DNA from: Macrostomum lignano
Taxonomy: Eukaryota
Assembly (NCBI GenBank): GCA_002269645.1
Contig: NIVC01004475.1
Coordinates: 1 to 44,761 of the forward strand
Reading direction: 5' to 3'
Length of the DNA stretch: 44,761 bases
The first letter of the stretch is position 1. Each line of letters opens with the position of its first letter. The translations under genes and the position numbers were made by a program. The notes below the pieces were generated by a model. The model did not search any database, was not told where the DNA came from, and was given only the letters and a program-made list of their open reading frames with translations. Positions 11,601 through 23,100 of this stretch are shown here, piece after piece.

Positions 11601-14197
11601 TAGAAAAGACAAGGTAAATGTACCAAATTTAGTCGATGTGTTTTTATCGGGTTTGTCTATCGTAGCACCAAGGGCTTTAGCACCAGGGGCTTTAGCAACA
11701 GAGGCTTTAGCACCAGGGGCTTTAGCAACAGAGGCTTTAGCACCAGGGGCTTTAGCAACAGGCGCTTTAGCAACAGGGGCTTCAGCAACAGGGGCTTTAG
11801 CACCAGGGGCTTTAGCACCAGGGGCTTTAGCACCAGGGGTGCCAGCACCAGGGGTGCCAGCACCAGGGGTGCCAGCACCAGGGGTGCCAGCACCAGGGGT
11901 GCCAGCACCAGGGGTGCCAGCACCAGGGGTGCCAGCACCAGGGGTGCCAGCACCAGGGGTGCCAGCACCAGGGGTGCCAGCACCAGGGGTGCCAGCACCA
12001 GGGGTGCCAGCACCAGGGGTGCCAGCACCAGGGGTGCCAGCACCAGGGGTGCCAGCACCAGGGGTGCCAGCACCAGGGGTGCCAGCACCAGGGGTGCCAG
12101 CACCAGGGGTGCCAGCACCAGGGGTGCCAGCACCAGGGGTGCCAGCACCAGGGGTGCCAGCACCAGGGGTGCCAGCACCAGGGGTGCCAGCACCAGGGGT
12201 GCCAGCACCAGGGGTGCCAGCACCAGGGGTGCCAGCACCAGGGGTGCCAGCACCAGGGGTGCCAGCACCAGGGGTGCCAGCACCAGGGGTGCCAGCACCA
12301 GGGGTGCCAGCACCAGGGGTGCCAGCACCAGGGGTGCCAGCACCAGGGGTGCCAGCACCAGGGGTGCCAGCACCAGGGGTGCCAGCACCAGGGGTGCCAG
12401 CACCAGGGGTGCCAGCACCAGGGGTGCCAGCACCAGGGGTGCCAGCACCAGGGGCTTTAGCACCAGGGGCTTTAGCACCAGGGGCTTTAGCACCAGGGGC
12501 TTTAGCACCAGGGGCTTTAGCTCCAGGGGCTTTAGCACCAGGGGCTTTAGCACCAGGGGCTTTAGCACCAGGGGCTTCAGCACCAGGGGCGCCAGCACCA
12601 GGGGCTTCAGCACGAGGGGCGCCAGCACCAGGGGCTCCATATACTTTTACCAGTGCCCAAAATGAGCTAATTGCGCTTTCAGACTTTGGTGCCTGTGCCC
12701 AGCTCAATTGAGGCTATAAAGTTCTGTGCTGATATTTACTAAGAAAAAATGTATTGCAATATGGATTCACACAATGTTGGCGCCCCGCCATCAATGCTCC
12801 TGAAGTGAGAGCTCCCACTGTTGCACTTCATTCGGAGCATCGTTTTTATGGAGTTCCGAAAAAAGTTTTGCACCGATTTTCGGACACGCAGAATAATATA
12901 ACAGAAGCAACAGAAGCAGTGTGTTCTTGCTTCATATCAATCCATGCAGAATCCTCTGCAGACTCGAGCTGCTACATCATTGCAGCTCAGCCTCCACTCT
13001 CTTTCGCTCTCATGCGCGCACAAACTGGGGCTAACAAGGCACAAGCTCACTACAATTGCTTGTATCGATCTGTTCCATCACGCAGTCTCTCTCAAAGCTT
13101 CATCTCGAATGGTCCATCCATGGTTCTCTTCCCCACCCCGCCACCGCCACCGCCAAAACAGGCAGATATCGCAAGCGAGCGTGCCGCAGCACCAACAGCG
13201 TTTTGACTTTTTTTGGATGGCAATTATCTTCTATTGCTTGAAGCAGAAACGGAAGCTGCAAAAGCAATAATCCAGTAGAGCTCTGGGATCATCAACTGCT
13301 CTACAGTGGTTGAGCAATTATTTAGGGGATAAATACTGATCTATAGGGATCCGGGCTTGCAATTCCAACTATTGGGATTTGCGTTGGCGAAGCGCGCTTC
13401 AAGTTGGTCGGGCAGTGCGAGTTACTGAACTCTCTTGTGATATTTCGGTTTTGTGATATTTCGGGTTTGTGATATTTCGGGTTTGTGATATTTCAGGTTT
13501 GTGATATTTCGGGCTTGTGATATTTCGGGTTTGTGATATTTCGGGCTTGTGATATTTCGGGCTTGTGATATTTCGGGTTTGTGATATTTCGGGTTTGTGA
13601 TATTTCGGGCTTGTGATATTTCGGGTTTGTGATATTTCGGGTTTGTGATATTTCGGGTTTGTGATATCTCGGATTTGTGATATTTCGGGTTCGTGATATT
13701 TTGGGCTTGTGATATTTCGTGTTCATGATTTTTCGAGATATTGATGGAAGGTGCTTTTCAGAATTGTGATATTTCGGGTTTATAATGGCGACCCGTTGAA
13801 ATTATGCTGCGTTTGCTACTTAAAGTAGTCTGTCTACGCGTATTTCTTATATAACTATATTGACTGTTGCTGCCAGTAGCAACTGTTCTGTGCAATATTT
13901 GTCTGCCGGTGTGTCTCATGAACAGCAGAAATGGAAGGCCGTCTGTGCGAGCATCTTGTCGGCAACTGTCTGTGACTATATTTAATGATTATGCTTATCT
14001 GTAACTGTCTGTATATTTACTCCCCCCCCTCCAAGGTCGCAGACAGCGAAGCGGATGACGCATCAGCCGAGCTGATTGTGGCAGCGGCCGCGGCGGCGGC
14101 GGAGGCGGCGGTGCTGAGCAGCTCTCCAGATGGCTACGAGAACGTGACGCCACCGTTGAAACGCAGAGTTGGCGCAACCGCCTCCAGGAAGATGTGA
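8689..14197 (+). CDS. CTNNAL1: Alpha-catulin-like (vinculin/alpha-catenin family) protein, apparently shortened (about 465 aa)
   Basis: Exons 8689-8775 (TKSVENALLPLVKH), 9189-9631, 10234-10777, 11211-11372 and tentatively 14036-14197, all phase-compatible. LSGERQADLRSE and LEKALPLLLAASKLHLRHPES match alpha-catulin D1 (GDRQNDL; LLTASKTCLRHP). LLVAARAH...AFRDAWKS matches the M-domain helix. The last exon is less certain. Confidence 0.8.
8830..9165. repeat. 15-bp minisatellite (CACCAACACCCCATA)n in catulin intron 1
   Basis: Direct reading. Confidence 0.9.
9722..9863 (-). repeat. Dispersed repeat family, copy A
   Basis: Reverse complement aligns by eye with 14270-14390 and 16663-16845 (GTGTACATGCCTG...AAAGYCAGGRCCGCT...CTCAG...CAGCGGAAT...GACAATGTCGC). 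Confidence 0.55.
9917..10059 (-). pseudogene. Exact inverted copy of CYP exon 4 fragment (6022-6164)
   Basis: 143/143 identical to the reverse complement of 6022-6164 (TELFVAGTDTTSNTIRWALLYACLYPECQARVQAEIDAQIGRNRLPE). No splice sites or start codon at its edges. Confidence 0.95.
10098..10169 (-). mobile_element. tRNA-like SINE head / Pol III internal promoter (not a functional tRNA)
   Basis: Minus strand reads GGGCCGTAGCCCAGCGGTAGCGC...CCAGGCTCGATTCCAAGTGCAGTC. A-box TAGCCCAGCGG and B-box GGCTCGATTCC are at tRNA spacing, but the acceptor stem does not pair. Confidence 0.65.
10819..11110. repeat. 14-bp minisatellite (ATATCCCATCTCAA)n in catulin intron 3
   Basis: Direct reading; it explains the tail of ORF 10190-11143. 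Confidence 0.95.
11662..12632. repeat. 15-bp minisatellite (GCACCAGGGGCTTTA / GCACCAGGGGTGCCA)n
   Basis: Direct reading; block order A-C-A; same family as 14390-15417. Confidence 0.95.
13435..13780. repeat. 16-bp minisatellite (TTGTGATATTTCGGGY)n
   Basis: Direct reading. Confidence 0.9.
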
Positions 14198-14269
14198 CAG
14201 CGGAATGAACTGTGACGAACCAATTCAACTCAAAAATTGATTACACGAAACAGTCAACCTCCAAGAAAC

Positions 14270-14390
14270 AGATTGTACCTACTTGACAATTAGAAAGCCA
14301 GGGCCGCTGTACACCCTTTGTGAGCGTGTGATGAGTGCCTGCGTACAGTATTGGCGCGCTTGTGTGTACTCAGCAGTCAGCGGAATCGCC
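14270..14390 (+). repeat. Dispersed repeat family, copy B (abuts the satellite array)
   Basis: Similarity by eye to 9722-9863 (-) and 16663-16845; a partial echo lies at 15420-15470 on the far side of the array. Confidence 0.5.
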
Positions 14391-15417
14391 TTTAGCACCA
14401 GGGGCTTTAGCACCAGGGGCTTTAGCACCAGGGGCTTTAGCTCCAGGGGCTTTAGCACCAGAGGCTTTAGCACCAGGGGCTTTAGCACCAGGGGCTTTAG
14501 CACCAGGGGCTTTAGCTCCAGGGGCTTTAGCACCAGGGGCTTTAGCACCAGGGGCTTTAGCACCAGAGGCTTTAGCACCAGGGGCTTTAGCAACAGGGGC
14601 TTTAGCACCAGAGGCTTTAGCACCAGAGGCTTTAGCATCAGAGGCTTTAGCACCAGGGGCGCCAGCACCCAGGGGCGCCAGCACCCAGGGGCGCCAGCAC
14701 CCAGGGGCGCCAGCACCCAGGGGCGCCAGCACCCAGGGGCGCCAGCACCCAGGGGCGCCAGCACCCAGGGGCGCCAGCACCAAAGGGCTTTAGCACCAGG
14801 GGCTTTAGCTCCAGGGGCTTTAGCACCAGGGGCTTTAGCACCAGGGGCTTTAGCACCAGGGGCTTTAGCACCAGGGGCTTTAGCACCAGGGGCTTTAGCA
14901 CCAGGGGCTTTAGCACCAGGGGCTTTAGCACCAGGGGCTTTAGCACCAGGGGCTTTAGCACCAGGGGCTTTAGCACCAGGGGCTTTAGCACCAGGGGCTT
15001 TAGCACCAGAGGCTTTAGCATCAGAGGCTTTAGCACCAGGGGCGCCAGCACCCAGGGGCGCCAGCACCCAGGGGCGCCAGCACCCAGGGGCGCCAGCACC
15101 CAGGGGCGCCAGCACCCAGGGGCGCCAGCACCCAGGGGCGCCAGCACCCAGGGGCGCCAGCACCCAGGGGCGCCAGCACCCAGGGGCGCCAGCACCCAGG
15201 GGCGCCAGCACCCAGGGGCGCCAGCACCCAGGGGCGCCAGCACCCAGGGGCGCCAGCACCCAGGGGCGCCAGCACCCAGGGGCGCCAGCACCCAGGGCGC
15301 CAGCACCCAGGGCGCCAGCACCCAGGGGCGCCAGTACCCAGGGGCGCCAGCACCCAGGGGCGCCAGCACCCAGGGGCGCCAGCACCCAGGGGCGCCAGCA
15401 CCCAGGGGCGCCAGCCC
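14390..15417. repeat. Composite 15/16-bp minisatellite with higher-order A-B-A-B blocks
   Basis: Blocks of GCTTTAGCACCAGGG alternate twice with blocks of GCGCCAGCACCCAGGG. Confidence 0.95.
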
Positions 15418-16007
15418 AGCATTGGCACTCTTGCGTGTACTCAGGAGCCAGCGAAATGGACAGAATTGCCTCAAATGCAGTCAGTAAGTCAAGCTTGAAA
15501 AAGTTTGTACCTATTTGGTTATACGAACTATTTTATTTGTTATAAAAATACTCTTTATCTCGATATAACAAATCGATTATAGTTAAATAATTAGTCGGTA
15601 CAGCAGAAATGATACAAAAATCAAGTGAGATTGCCAACCCAGCTTAGCTCTTTTATCGCCAAACCGGAGTCTTTATGTCGAAATATGGCTTGATTTTTAA
15701 AGCTCGGGCTACTTTATAAGCTCACCAGTTTTATCTATCCGCAAATCCAGTCTATTCTAGGGCTTGCGAAACATTTTTGTTTGAGTTTTATCAGCTCGAT
15801 TTACAAAAAAAATGCGACTGCGCTCTCTCTCTCTCGAGGTTAATCGTGCTCCAAAAAGTGCTCAAATTGCTTAAATGACTTAATTAATTAATATCAAATA
15901 CCCTCTGCCAGTACGTTGAACCCCTACCGTGTTTAACAAAATTTTCACAAGTGACTACTGCCCTTGTTTGATATTTGCTGGTCTTACTGCACTGATACCC
16001 TTCTAGA

Positions 16008-16620
16008 CAACCCAGCACTTCCAGGCAACCCAGCAACCTTCTAGACAACCCAACAACCATTTAGACAACCCAACAACCATCTAGACAACCCAACAACCAT
16101 CTAGACAACCCAACAACCATCTAGACAACCCAACAACCATCTAGACAACCCAACAACCATCTAGACAACCCAACAACCATCTAGACAACCCAACAACCAT
16201 CTAAACAACCCAACAACCATCTAGACAACCCAACAACCATCTAGACAACCCAACAACCATCTAGACAACCCAACAACCATCTAGACAACCCAACAACCAT
16301 TTAGACAACCCAACAACCATCTAGACAACCCAACAACCATCTAGACAACCCAACAACCATCTAGACAACCCAACAACCATCTAGACAACCCAACAACCAT
16401 CTAGACAACCCAACAACCATTTAGACAACCCAACAACCATTTAGACAACCCAACAACCATCTAGACAACCCAACAACCATTTAGACAACCCAACAACCAT
16501 CTAGACAACCCAACAACCATCTAGACAACCCAACAACCATTTAGACAACCCAGAGAAATTCTAGACAATCCAACAACCTTTTACACAACTCAGCAACCTT
16601 CCAGGCAACCCAGCAACCCA
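16008..16620. repeat. 20-bp minisatellite (CTAGACAACCCAACAACCAT)n
   Basis: Direct reading. Confidence 0.95.
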
Positions 16621-16662
16621 GCGATTCACACCAATGAGAGCCAACCCTCAAGTCGCAGAGAG

Positions 16663-16845
16663 TGTACATGCCTGAGTGAGACTAATAGAAAGTCTGGACC
16701 GCTACACACCCCGTGTGAGCGAGTGTCGTGAGTGCAGTGCAGTATATGTATTGGCGGCACTTTTACATACATGTTCTCAGGATTCAGCGGAATTGGCAGC
16801 TCTGCCTCACCGCTGTGAGGCGGGACAATGTCGCCAAATTTGTTG
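16663..16845 (+). repeat. Dispersed repeat family, copy C
   Basis: Similarity by eye to copies A and B. Confidence 0.5.
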
Positions 16846-17199
16846 ACTAAAGAATTTCGTTTCCAACTGTTTCCACTGGTAGGCAGCCGAAATTCTTTTT
16901 GCTACTTGTTTTATGCAAGATCAGCCCCCAGCGATAGCCTTTAGAACGGAGAAAATAATCGGACGAATGAAGTGGTGGTCCCACCTGGGCGCTTTAGAGG
17001 CCGTGGCTGACTCGGCACGCCTCTTTCATTATTCAGCCAGGGCAGATTAGATAAAAACCTCAGCAGGTGGTTGCGTCTTGCGTGCTTCGCCTTGCGATGC
17101 TTATTTAAATTTGCGGCCAAGAAAAAGCACAGCGCCCAGACGGTTCTGGGTTGCAGAAGTTCTCTTGTCTGCGTTTCCAGCTCTCTACCGCTTGCCTCA

Positions 17200-20100
17200 A
17201 TGCTGATCAGTTGTAGCAGAAATCGGAGCCTCCCGGTGGCTTTGCTTGCGCTGTTTCTTCTAGGAGGAGGCTGCGTTGCTTCTTCGTCGTCTTTTTCTTC
17301 TTGGAGAGACAATCAGCAGCAGCAGGAGGGGGTGAATCCGCAGCTGCTGGCGCGAGCTCTGGCCATCGCGGCTGGCGAGGTGGCTCGCGACCCGGCTCTG
17401 GCGGCCAAGAAGCTGCGGGCCTCGGCAGTGGAGCTTCGGGCTCGTCGAGGCGGCGACGCCTTCCAGGAGCTGTCGCCCGAGTGCGGCACCGTGTTCAGCA
17501 GCCTGCTGAGCAGCATCCTGGGCCTGGTTGGCGGCAACGACTTGCCCGAGTCGGACCAGTTTCTCCAATGTGAGACTGCTGGTTTAACTGGGGTAGGGAA
17601 GGAGAGGCTGGGAGAGAAGCCGGAAGAGAGGGAAGGGAGAGAGGCAGAGAGAGAAGAAGAGAGAGAGGAAGGGAGGGAGGCAGGCGAGAGACAGGAGAGA
17701 GGCAGGGAGAGAGGGAGGGAGAGAGGCAGGGAGAGAGGCAGGAAGAGAGGCAGGAAGAGGGGCAGGAAGAGAGGCAGGAAGAGGGGCAGGAAGAGAGGCA
17801 GGGAGAGAGGCAGGGAGAGAGGCAGGGAGAGAGGCAGGGAGAGAGGCAGGGAGAGAGGCAGGCAGAGAGACAGGGAGAGAGGCAGGGAGAGAGACAGGGA
17901 GAGAGGCAGGGAGAGAGGCAGGGAGAGAGGCAGGGAGAGAGGCAGCCTGAGAGGCAGGGAGAGAGACAGAGAGAGAAAGGAAGGGAGAGAGGGGAGAGAG
18001 GCAGGGTGGAGAGGCAGGGAGAGAGGCAGGGAGAGAGGCAGGCAGAGAGACAGGGAGAGAGGCAGGGAGAGAGGAAGGGAGAGAGGAAGGGAGAGAGGAA
18101 GGGAGAGAGGAAGGGAGAGAGGCAGGGAGAGAGGAAGGGAGAGAGGAAGGGAGAGAGGAAGGGAGAGAGGAAGGGAGAGAGGCAGGGAGAGAGGCAGGGA
18201 GAGAGGCAGAGAGAGAAAGGAAGGGAGAGAAAGGAAGGGAGAGAGGAAGGGAGAGAGGCAGGGAGAGAGGCAGGAAGAGAGGCAGGGAGAGAGGCAGGAA
18301 GAGAGGCAGGAAGAGAGGCAGGAAGAGGGGCAGGAAGAGAGGCAGTAAGAGGGGCAGGGAGAGAGGCAGGGAGAGAGGCAGGAAGAGAGGCAGGAAGAGA
18401 GGCAGGGAGAGAGGCAGGAAGAGAGGCAGGAAGAGAGGCAGGAAGAGAGGCAGGAAGAGAGGCAGGGAGAGAGGCAGGGAGAGAGGCAGGGAGAGAGGCA
18501 GGGAGAGAGGCAGGGAGAGAGGCAGGGAGAGAGGCAGGCAGAGAGACAGGCAATGACCAGCCTCCCTCCTCCATTACCAGGGCTGGACTCGATCTTCAAG
18601 CCGGAGGCGGCATCCTGCTGGGCAATATCCGGTGGATCGGGTCCCGGGAGGAGTGCGAAAGCATCCGGCTGCCGGTGTACCAGGACAGCACCAACACGAG
18701 CACGCTGATGTTACACACCAACGGTCGGTATTGCATGTTCGGCGTGAAGAGTCGCGGCAACTCAACGACCGATAGTGGAGGCCGGGCGTTCAGCGGCGGC
18801 GACAGCCTGCAGACCAGCCTGGAGCTGGCGCTGTGCCTGCCGAATCCGTGCAAAGGGATCGACGCTGAGATTGCTGTCAATTTTGGTGAGGATCTGCCGG
18901 CTTGCGGCGTTGGGGCTTTCATAGCTGTGTTTTGGCTGTATTTGGCTGTATTTTGGATTTATTTGGCTGTAAATTGCTGTATTTGTCTGCCATTCAATTT
19001 TTTACATGATGTATACGTCACTGGCTGTCAAAGGCGGTCATTAGCTGTAATTGACTGTCGCAGGCTTTCATATAGCTGTAATTGACTGTCACAGGCTGCC
19101 ATATAGCTGTAATTGACTGTCACAGGGTGTCATATAGCTGTAATTGACTGTCACAGGCTGCCATAGAGCTGTAATTAACTGTCACAGGCTGTCATATAGC
19201 TGTTATTAACTGTCGCAGGCTGTCATTAGCTGTAATTCTGTCACTAAATCTAAATGGCCATCATTATGACTTCAGCTTGAATAAAAAACAGCATCATCTT
19301 CGACATTCCAGTGGTGGAGATCGTCCTCAACCTGCTGGGCCCCATCCTGCAGGGGGTGCCGGGCATCGGAGGCATAGTGGACACCATCAAGTCCTACAAG
19401 CTGGTGGTGAAGAGCTGCGCGCAGACAAATGTGGAGGCCAGCAACCCGCTTAGCAGCGGCGCCCTCGCAGTGATGTGAGCGACGGGGAGAGGGTGCTGCG
19501 GGCTCTGGGATGCTAGTTGCTAGGTGTGCGTCTTAGTTAGCCGTATGGTGTCTTAGTGGGTCATAAAATTTTTTATGCGTCATAGAATGTTTCAGTTCTC
19601 CATGGGGGTTGCCTTAGTGAGTCACGGTGTGTATTATTGTTCATACAGTGTCCTATTGGTCATAAGTTGTCTTGTTTGGTCATATAATATCTTGGTTGGC
19701 TATAGGGGCTTAGTGTATCATAAGAATGTCTCAGTTGGCTATGGAGTGTCTTAATTTGTCATAAGAGTGTTTAAATTTATTATACAGTGTCTTACATGTA
19801 TATGTTACAGTTGATCATAGAGTATCCTAGTTGTTCATAGAGTATCCTAGTTGGTCATAAAGTATCCTAGTTGGTCATAGAGTATCCTAGTTGGTCATAA
19901 AGTATCCTAGTTGGTCATAAAGTATCCTAGTTGGTCATAGAGTATTGTAGTTGGTCATAGAGTATTCTAGTTGGTCATACAGTATTGTAGTTGGTCAGAG
20001 TGTCTGGTCATAGAGCAATCCAGCCAATCCTCAACTGCAGCTGTCTCACAGGACTGCTCGTGTTTCTCATACTTCTGGCCACGGCTGTGACCGCCTTCGT

Positions 20101-23100
20101 TGACTCGCGATATCCCGAGGCGCAGAGTGAGTCACCGGAATCCACTTTAGAACTTTAGACAAATTGAAAAGTACATATGGTCATTTCAACGTTAGCAAGG
20201 CATTCGCGCATTGCAGGAGACGTTTACAGAGACATCTGCCGAGCTTTCTGCCTGCGCAGCAACCTCAACAAGCTGTTCGCTCCGGCTTCCGGCGGATCGC
20301 TTGGCTGCATCAATGGGATTCGAGTGCTCAGCATCTTCTGGGTCATTCTGGGTCACACGCTACTGTTTATCACCCCGCTTTTGGGTGAGGGCCTGCACCG
20401 CATGCCGATCTAATCTCACCCGATTGCAGAGATCTAGTCTCATCACCAATCTCAGAGAAATCTAACCTCAGTGATCTATTCGCACGCCGATTTATGAGGG
20501 ATCTCTGTTCTTTAGAAATCTAGTCCCACCCAGATTCTAGAAATTTCTAACCTCACCCGACCCTAGAAAACGATCGTATTATCCCGATACTAGTGATCTA
20601 GTCTCATCAGAGTGATCTAGTCTCATCAGAGTGATCTAGTCTCATCAGAGTGATCTAGTCTCATCAGAGTGATCTAGTCTCATCAGAGTGATCTAGTCTC
20701 ATCAGAGTGATCTAGTCTCATCAGAGTGATCTAGTCTCATCAGAGTGATCTAGTCTCATCAGAGTGATCTAGTCTCATCAGAGTGATCTAGTCTCATCAG
20801 AGTGATCTAGTCTCATCAGAGTGATCTAGTCTCATCAGAGTGATCTAGTCTCATCAGAGTGATCTAGTCTCATCAGAGTGATCTAGTCTCATCAGAGTGA
20901 TCTAGTCTCATCAGAGTGATCTAGTCTCATCAGAGTGATCTAGTCTCATCAGAGTGATCTAGTCTCATCAGAGTGATCTAGTCTCATCAGAGTGATCTAG
21001 TCTCATCAGAGTGATCTGGTCTCATCAGAGTGATCTGGTCTCATCAGAGTGATCTAGTCTCATCAGAGTGATCTAGTCTCATCAGAGTGATCTGGTCTCA
21101 TCAGAGTGATCTAGTCTCATCAGAGTGATCTGGTCTCATCAGAGTGATCTAGTCTCATCAGAGTGATCTGGTCTCATCAGAGTGATCTAGTCTCATCAGA
21201 GTGATCTAGTCTCATCAGAGTGATCTAGTCTCATCAGAGTGATCTAGTCTCATCAGAGTGATCTGGTCTCATCAGAGTGATCTGGTCTCATCAGAGTGAT
21301 CTGGTCTCATCAGAGTGATCTAGTCTCATCAGAGTGATCTAGTCTCATCAGAGTGATCTAGTCTCATCAGAGTGATCTAGTCTCATCAGAGTGATCTAGT
21401 CTCATCAGAGTGATCTAGTTTCATCAGAGTGATCTAGTCTCATCAGAGTGATCTGGTCTCATCAGAGTGATCTGGTCTCATCAGAGTGATCTAGTCTCAT
21501 CAGAGTGATCTAGTCTCATCAGAGTGATCTGGTCTCATCAGAGTGATCTAGTCTCATCAGAGTGATCTGGTCTCATCAGAGTGATCTAGTCTCATCAGAG
21601 TGATCTGGTCTCATCAGAGTGATCTAGTCTCATCAGAGTGATCTAGTCTCATCAGAGTGATCTGGTCTCATCAGAGTGATCTAGTCTCATCAGAGTGATC
21701 TGCTCTCATCAGAGTGATCTAGTCTCAACAGAGTGATCTGGTCTCATCAGAGTGATCTAGTCTCATCAGAGTGATCTAGTCTCATCAGAGTGATCTAGTC
21801 TCATCAGAGTGATCTAGTCTCATCAGAGTGATCTAGTCTCATCAGAGTGATCTAGTCTCATCAGAGTAATCTAGTCTCATCAGAGTGATCTAGTCTCATC
21901 AGAGTAATCTAGTCTCATCAGAGAGATCTAGTCTCATCAGAGTGATCTAGTCTCATCAGAGTGATCTAGTCTCAGAGTGATCTAGTCTCATCAGAGAGAT
22001 CTAGTCTCGTTAAACCTAGTTTTTTTCCTATCAGAGAGATCTAGTCTCATCAGAGTGATCTAGTCTTATCAGAGATCTATAGTCTCATCAGATCTTGAGC
22101 TAGTGTAACCCTATCTTGATATAGCCCTATCCTATCTTAATCTATTGTCATCCAATCTCACCCACCAGACAACCCGCTGCAACTCCTGAACGACTTCCGC
22201 AAGCGCTGGCAGGCCGTCATCATCATCAACGCCACCACCTCAGTGGACTCATTCTTCATGCTCAGCGGCGCCCTGGTAGCCTACGTGTTCTGCCGCCAGG
22301 TGGGCATCGCCGACAAAGAGAAATGCCGGAGTACTTTGAGAAGTTGGAAATTCTGGGCGCTCTTCTATTTCCATCGCTATTGGAGGCTGACGCCCGTGCT
22401 GATGTTCTTCCTGTTCTGGCACTGGTCTCTGACCGGCTACTTCGGCAATGGGCCGTTCCTATCGCCTGATCGGACTCCAGTGGATGTGGCCGGCTGTCCG
22501 AAGTCCTGGTGGGCGCTCATGTTATATGCGCAGAACTTTGCCAATGTGGGCGACTCCATTGCTGTGAGTGAGGAGAAAGGAACTCGGATTCTCGGATCCC
22601 CGCTCCCTGATCTCAGTAATCCCTACTCAAAATTCGGATCCCAAACCCCAGATCTTAATAATCCCTACTCCAAAATTGAATCACAAATCTGTGATCTCAA
22701 TAATCCCTACTCAAATTCTGATCCCTATAATTCCTACTCAGAAGATATCGGATCCCCAATCTCCACCACTAACTGTTAATCCCGATCCCTCACTGCCACA
22801 TGTGAGTGATGCCAGTGCAAATCCCCTATACTCCTAATGCTGATAACAACACCTCATACACTAACCTCGTAAGAGCCGCCAGACCTAAAGTCCCAGCTTA
22901 GAGACCAGTCATAAAAGCATCAGTCTGGCAGCAGAATTGTCTATGGCCGGAACCCAGCATCCCAGTTGGCGGGAACAAAAACTGATAAATACTAAATAAT
23001 GCAGCGACCGCTCAATCCCCCTGTGCTATGCGACGACCCCCCGCTTGCTTTTGATTGCAAAGCCTGTCAATCAGTTTTGCGTAGTGAAACCGACGAAGTC

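Noticed and set aside
12754-13206. 150-aa ORF with a poly-Pro tail as an extra or alternative catulin exon
   Set aside because: It has no recognisable vinculin-family similarity and its codon usage is unlike the real exons; it cannot be supported without cDNA.
11553-15545. Long ORFs of APGVP/APGAK/LAPLV repeats (elastin- or collagen-like)
   Set aside because: They are open in several frames on both strands simply because the 15/16-mer units lack stops, and they have no unique coding flanks.
17570-18580. RERG/EAGR-rich ORFs continuous with nrf-6 exons
   Set aside because: They are bounded by a good donor (17570) and acceptor (18580), and conserved NRF motifs join across the gap, so this is an intronic repeat.
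19276-19311. Acceptor at 19275 would put an in-frame TGA in nrf-6
   Set aside because: A pyrimidine-rich acceptor at 19311 gives the right phase with no stop, so no second lesion or readthrough is needed.
20593-22092. Minus-strand unit TCTGATGAGACTAGATCAC contains the hammerhead core CUGAUGA; satellite-embedded hammerheads are known in flatworms
   Set aside because: There is no GAAA core strand or stem II/III anywhere in the unit or at the array ends. The same applies to CTGATGA at 27481 and in the 35600-35770 units.
20593-22092. Regular short repeats that superficially resemble a CRISPR array
   Set aside because: Units are head-to-tail with no unique spacers, the context is a eukaryotic intron, and there are no cas genes.
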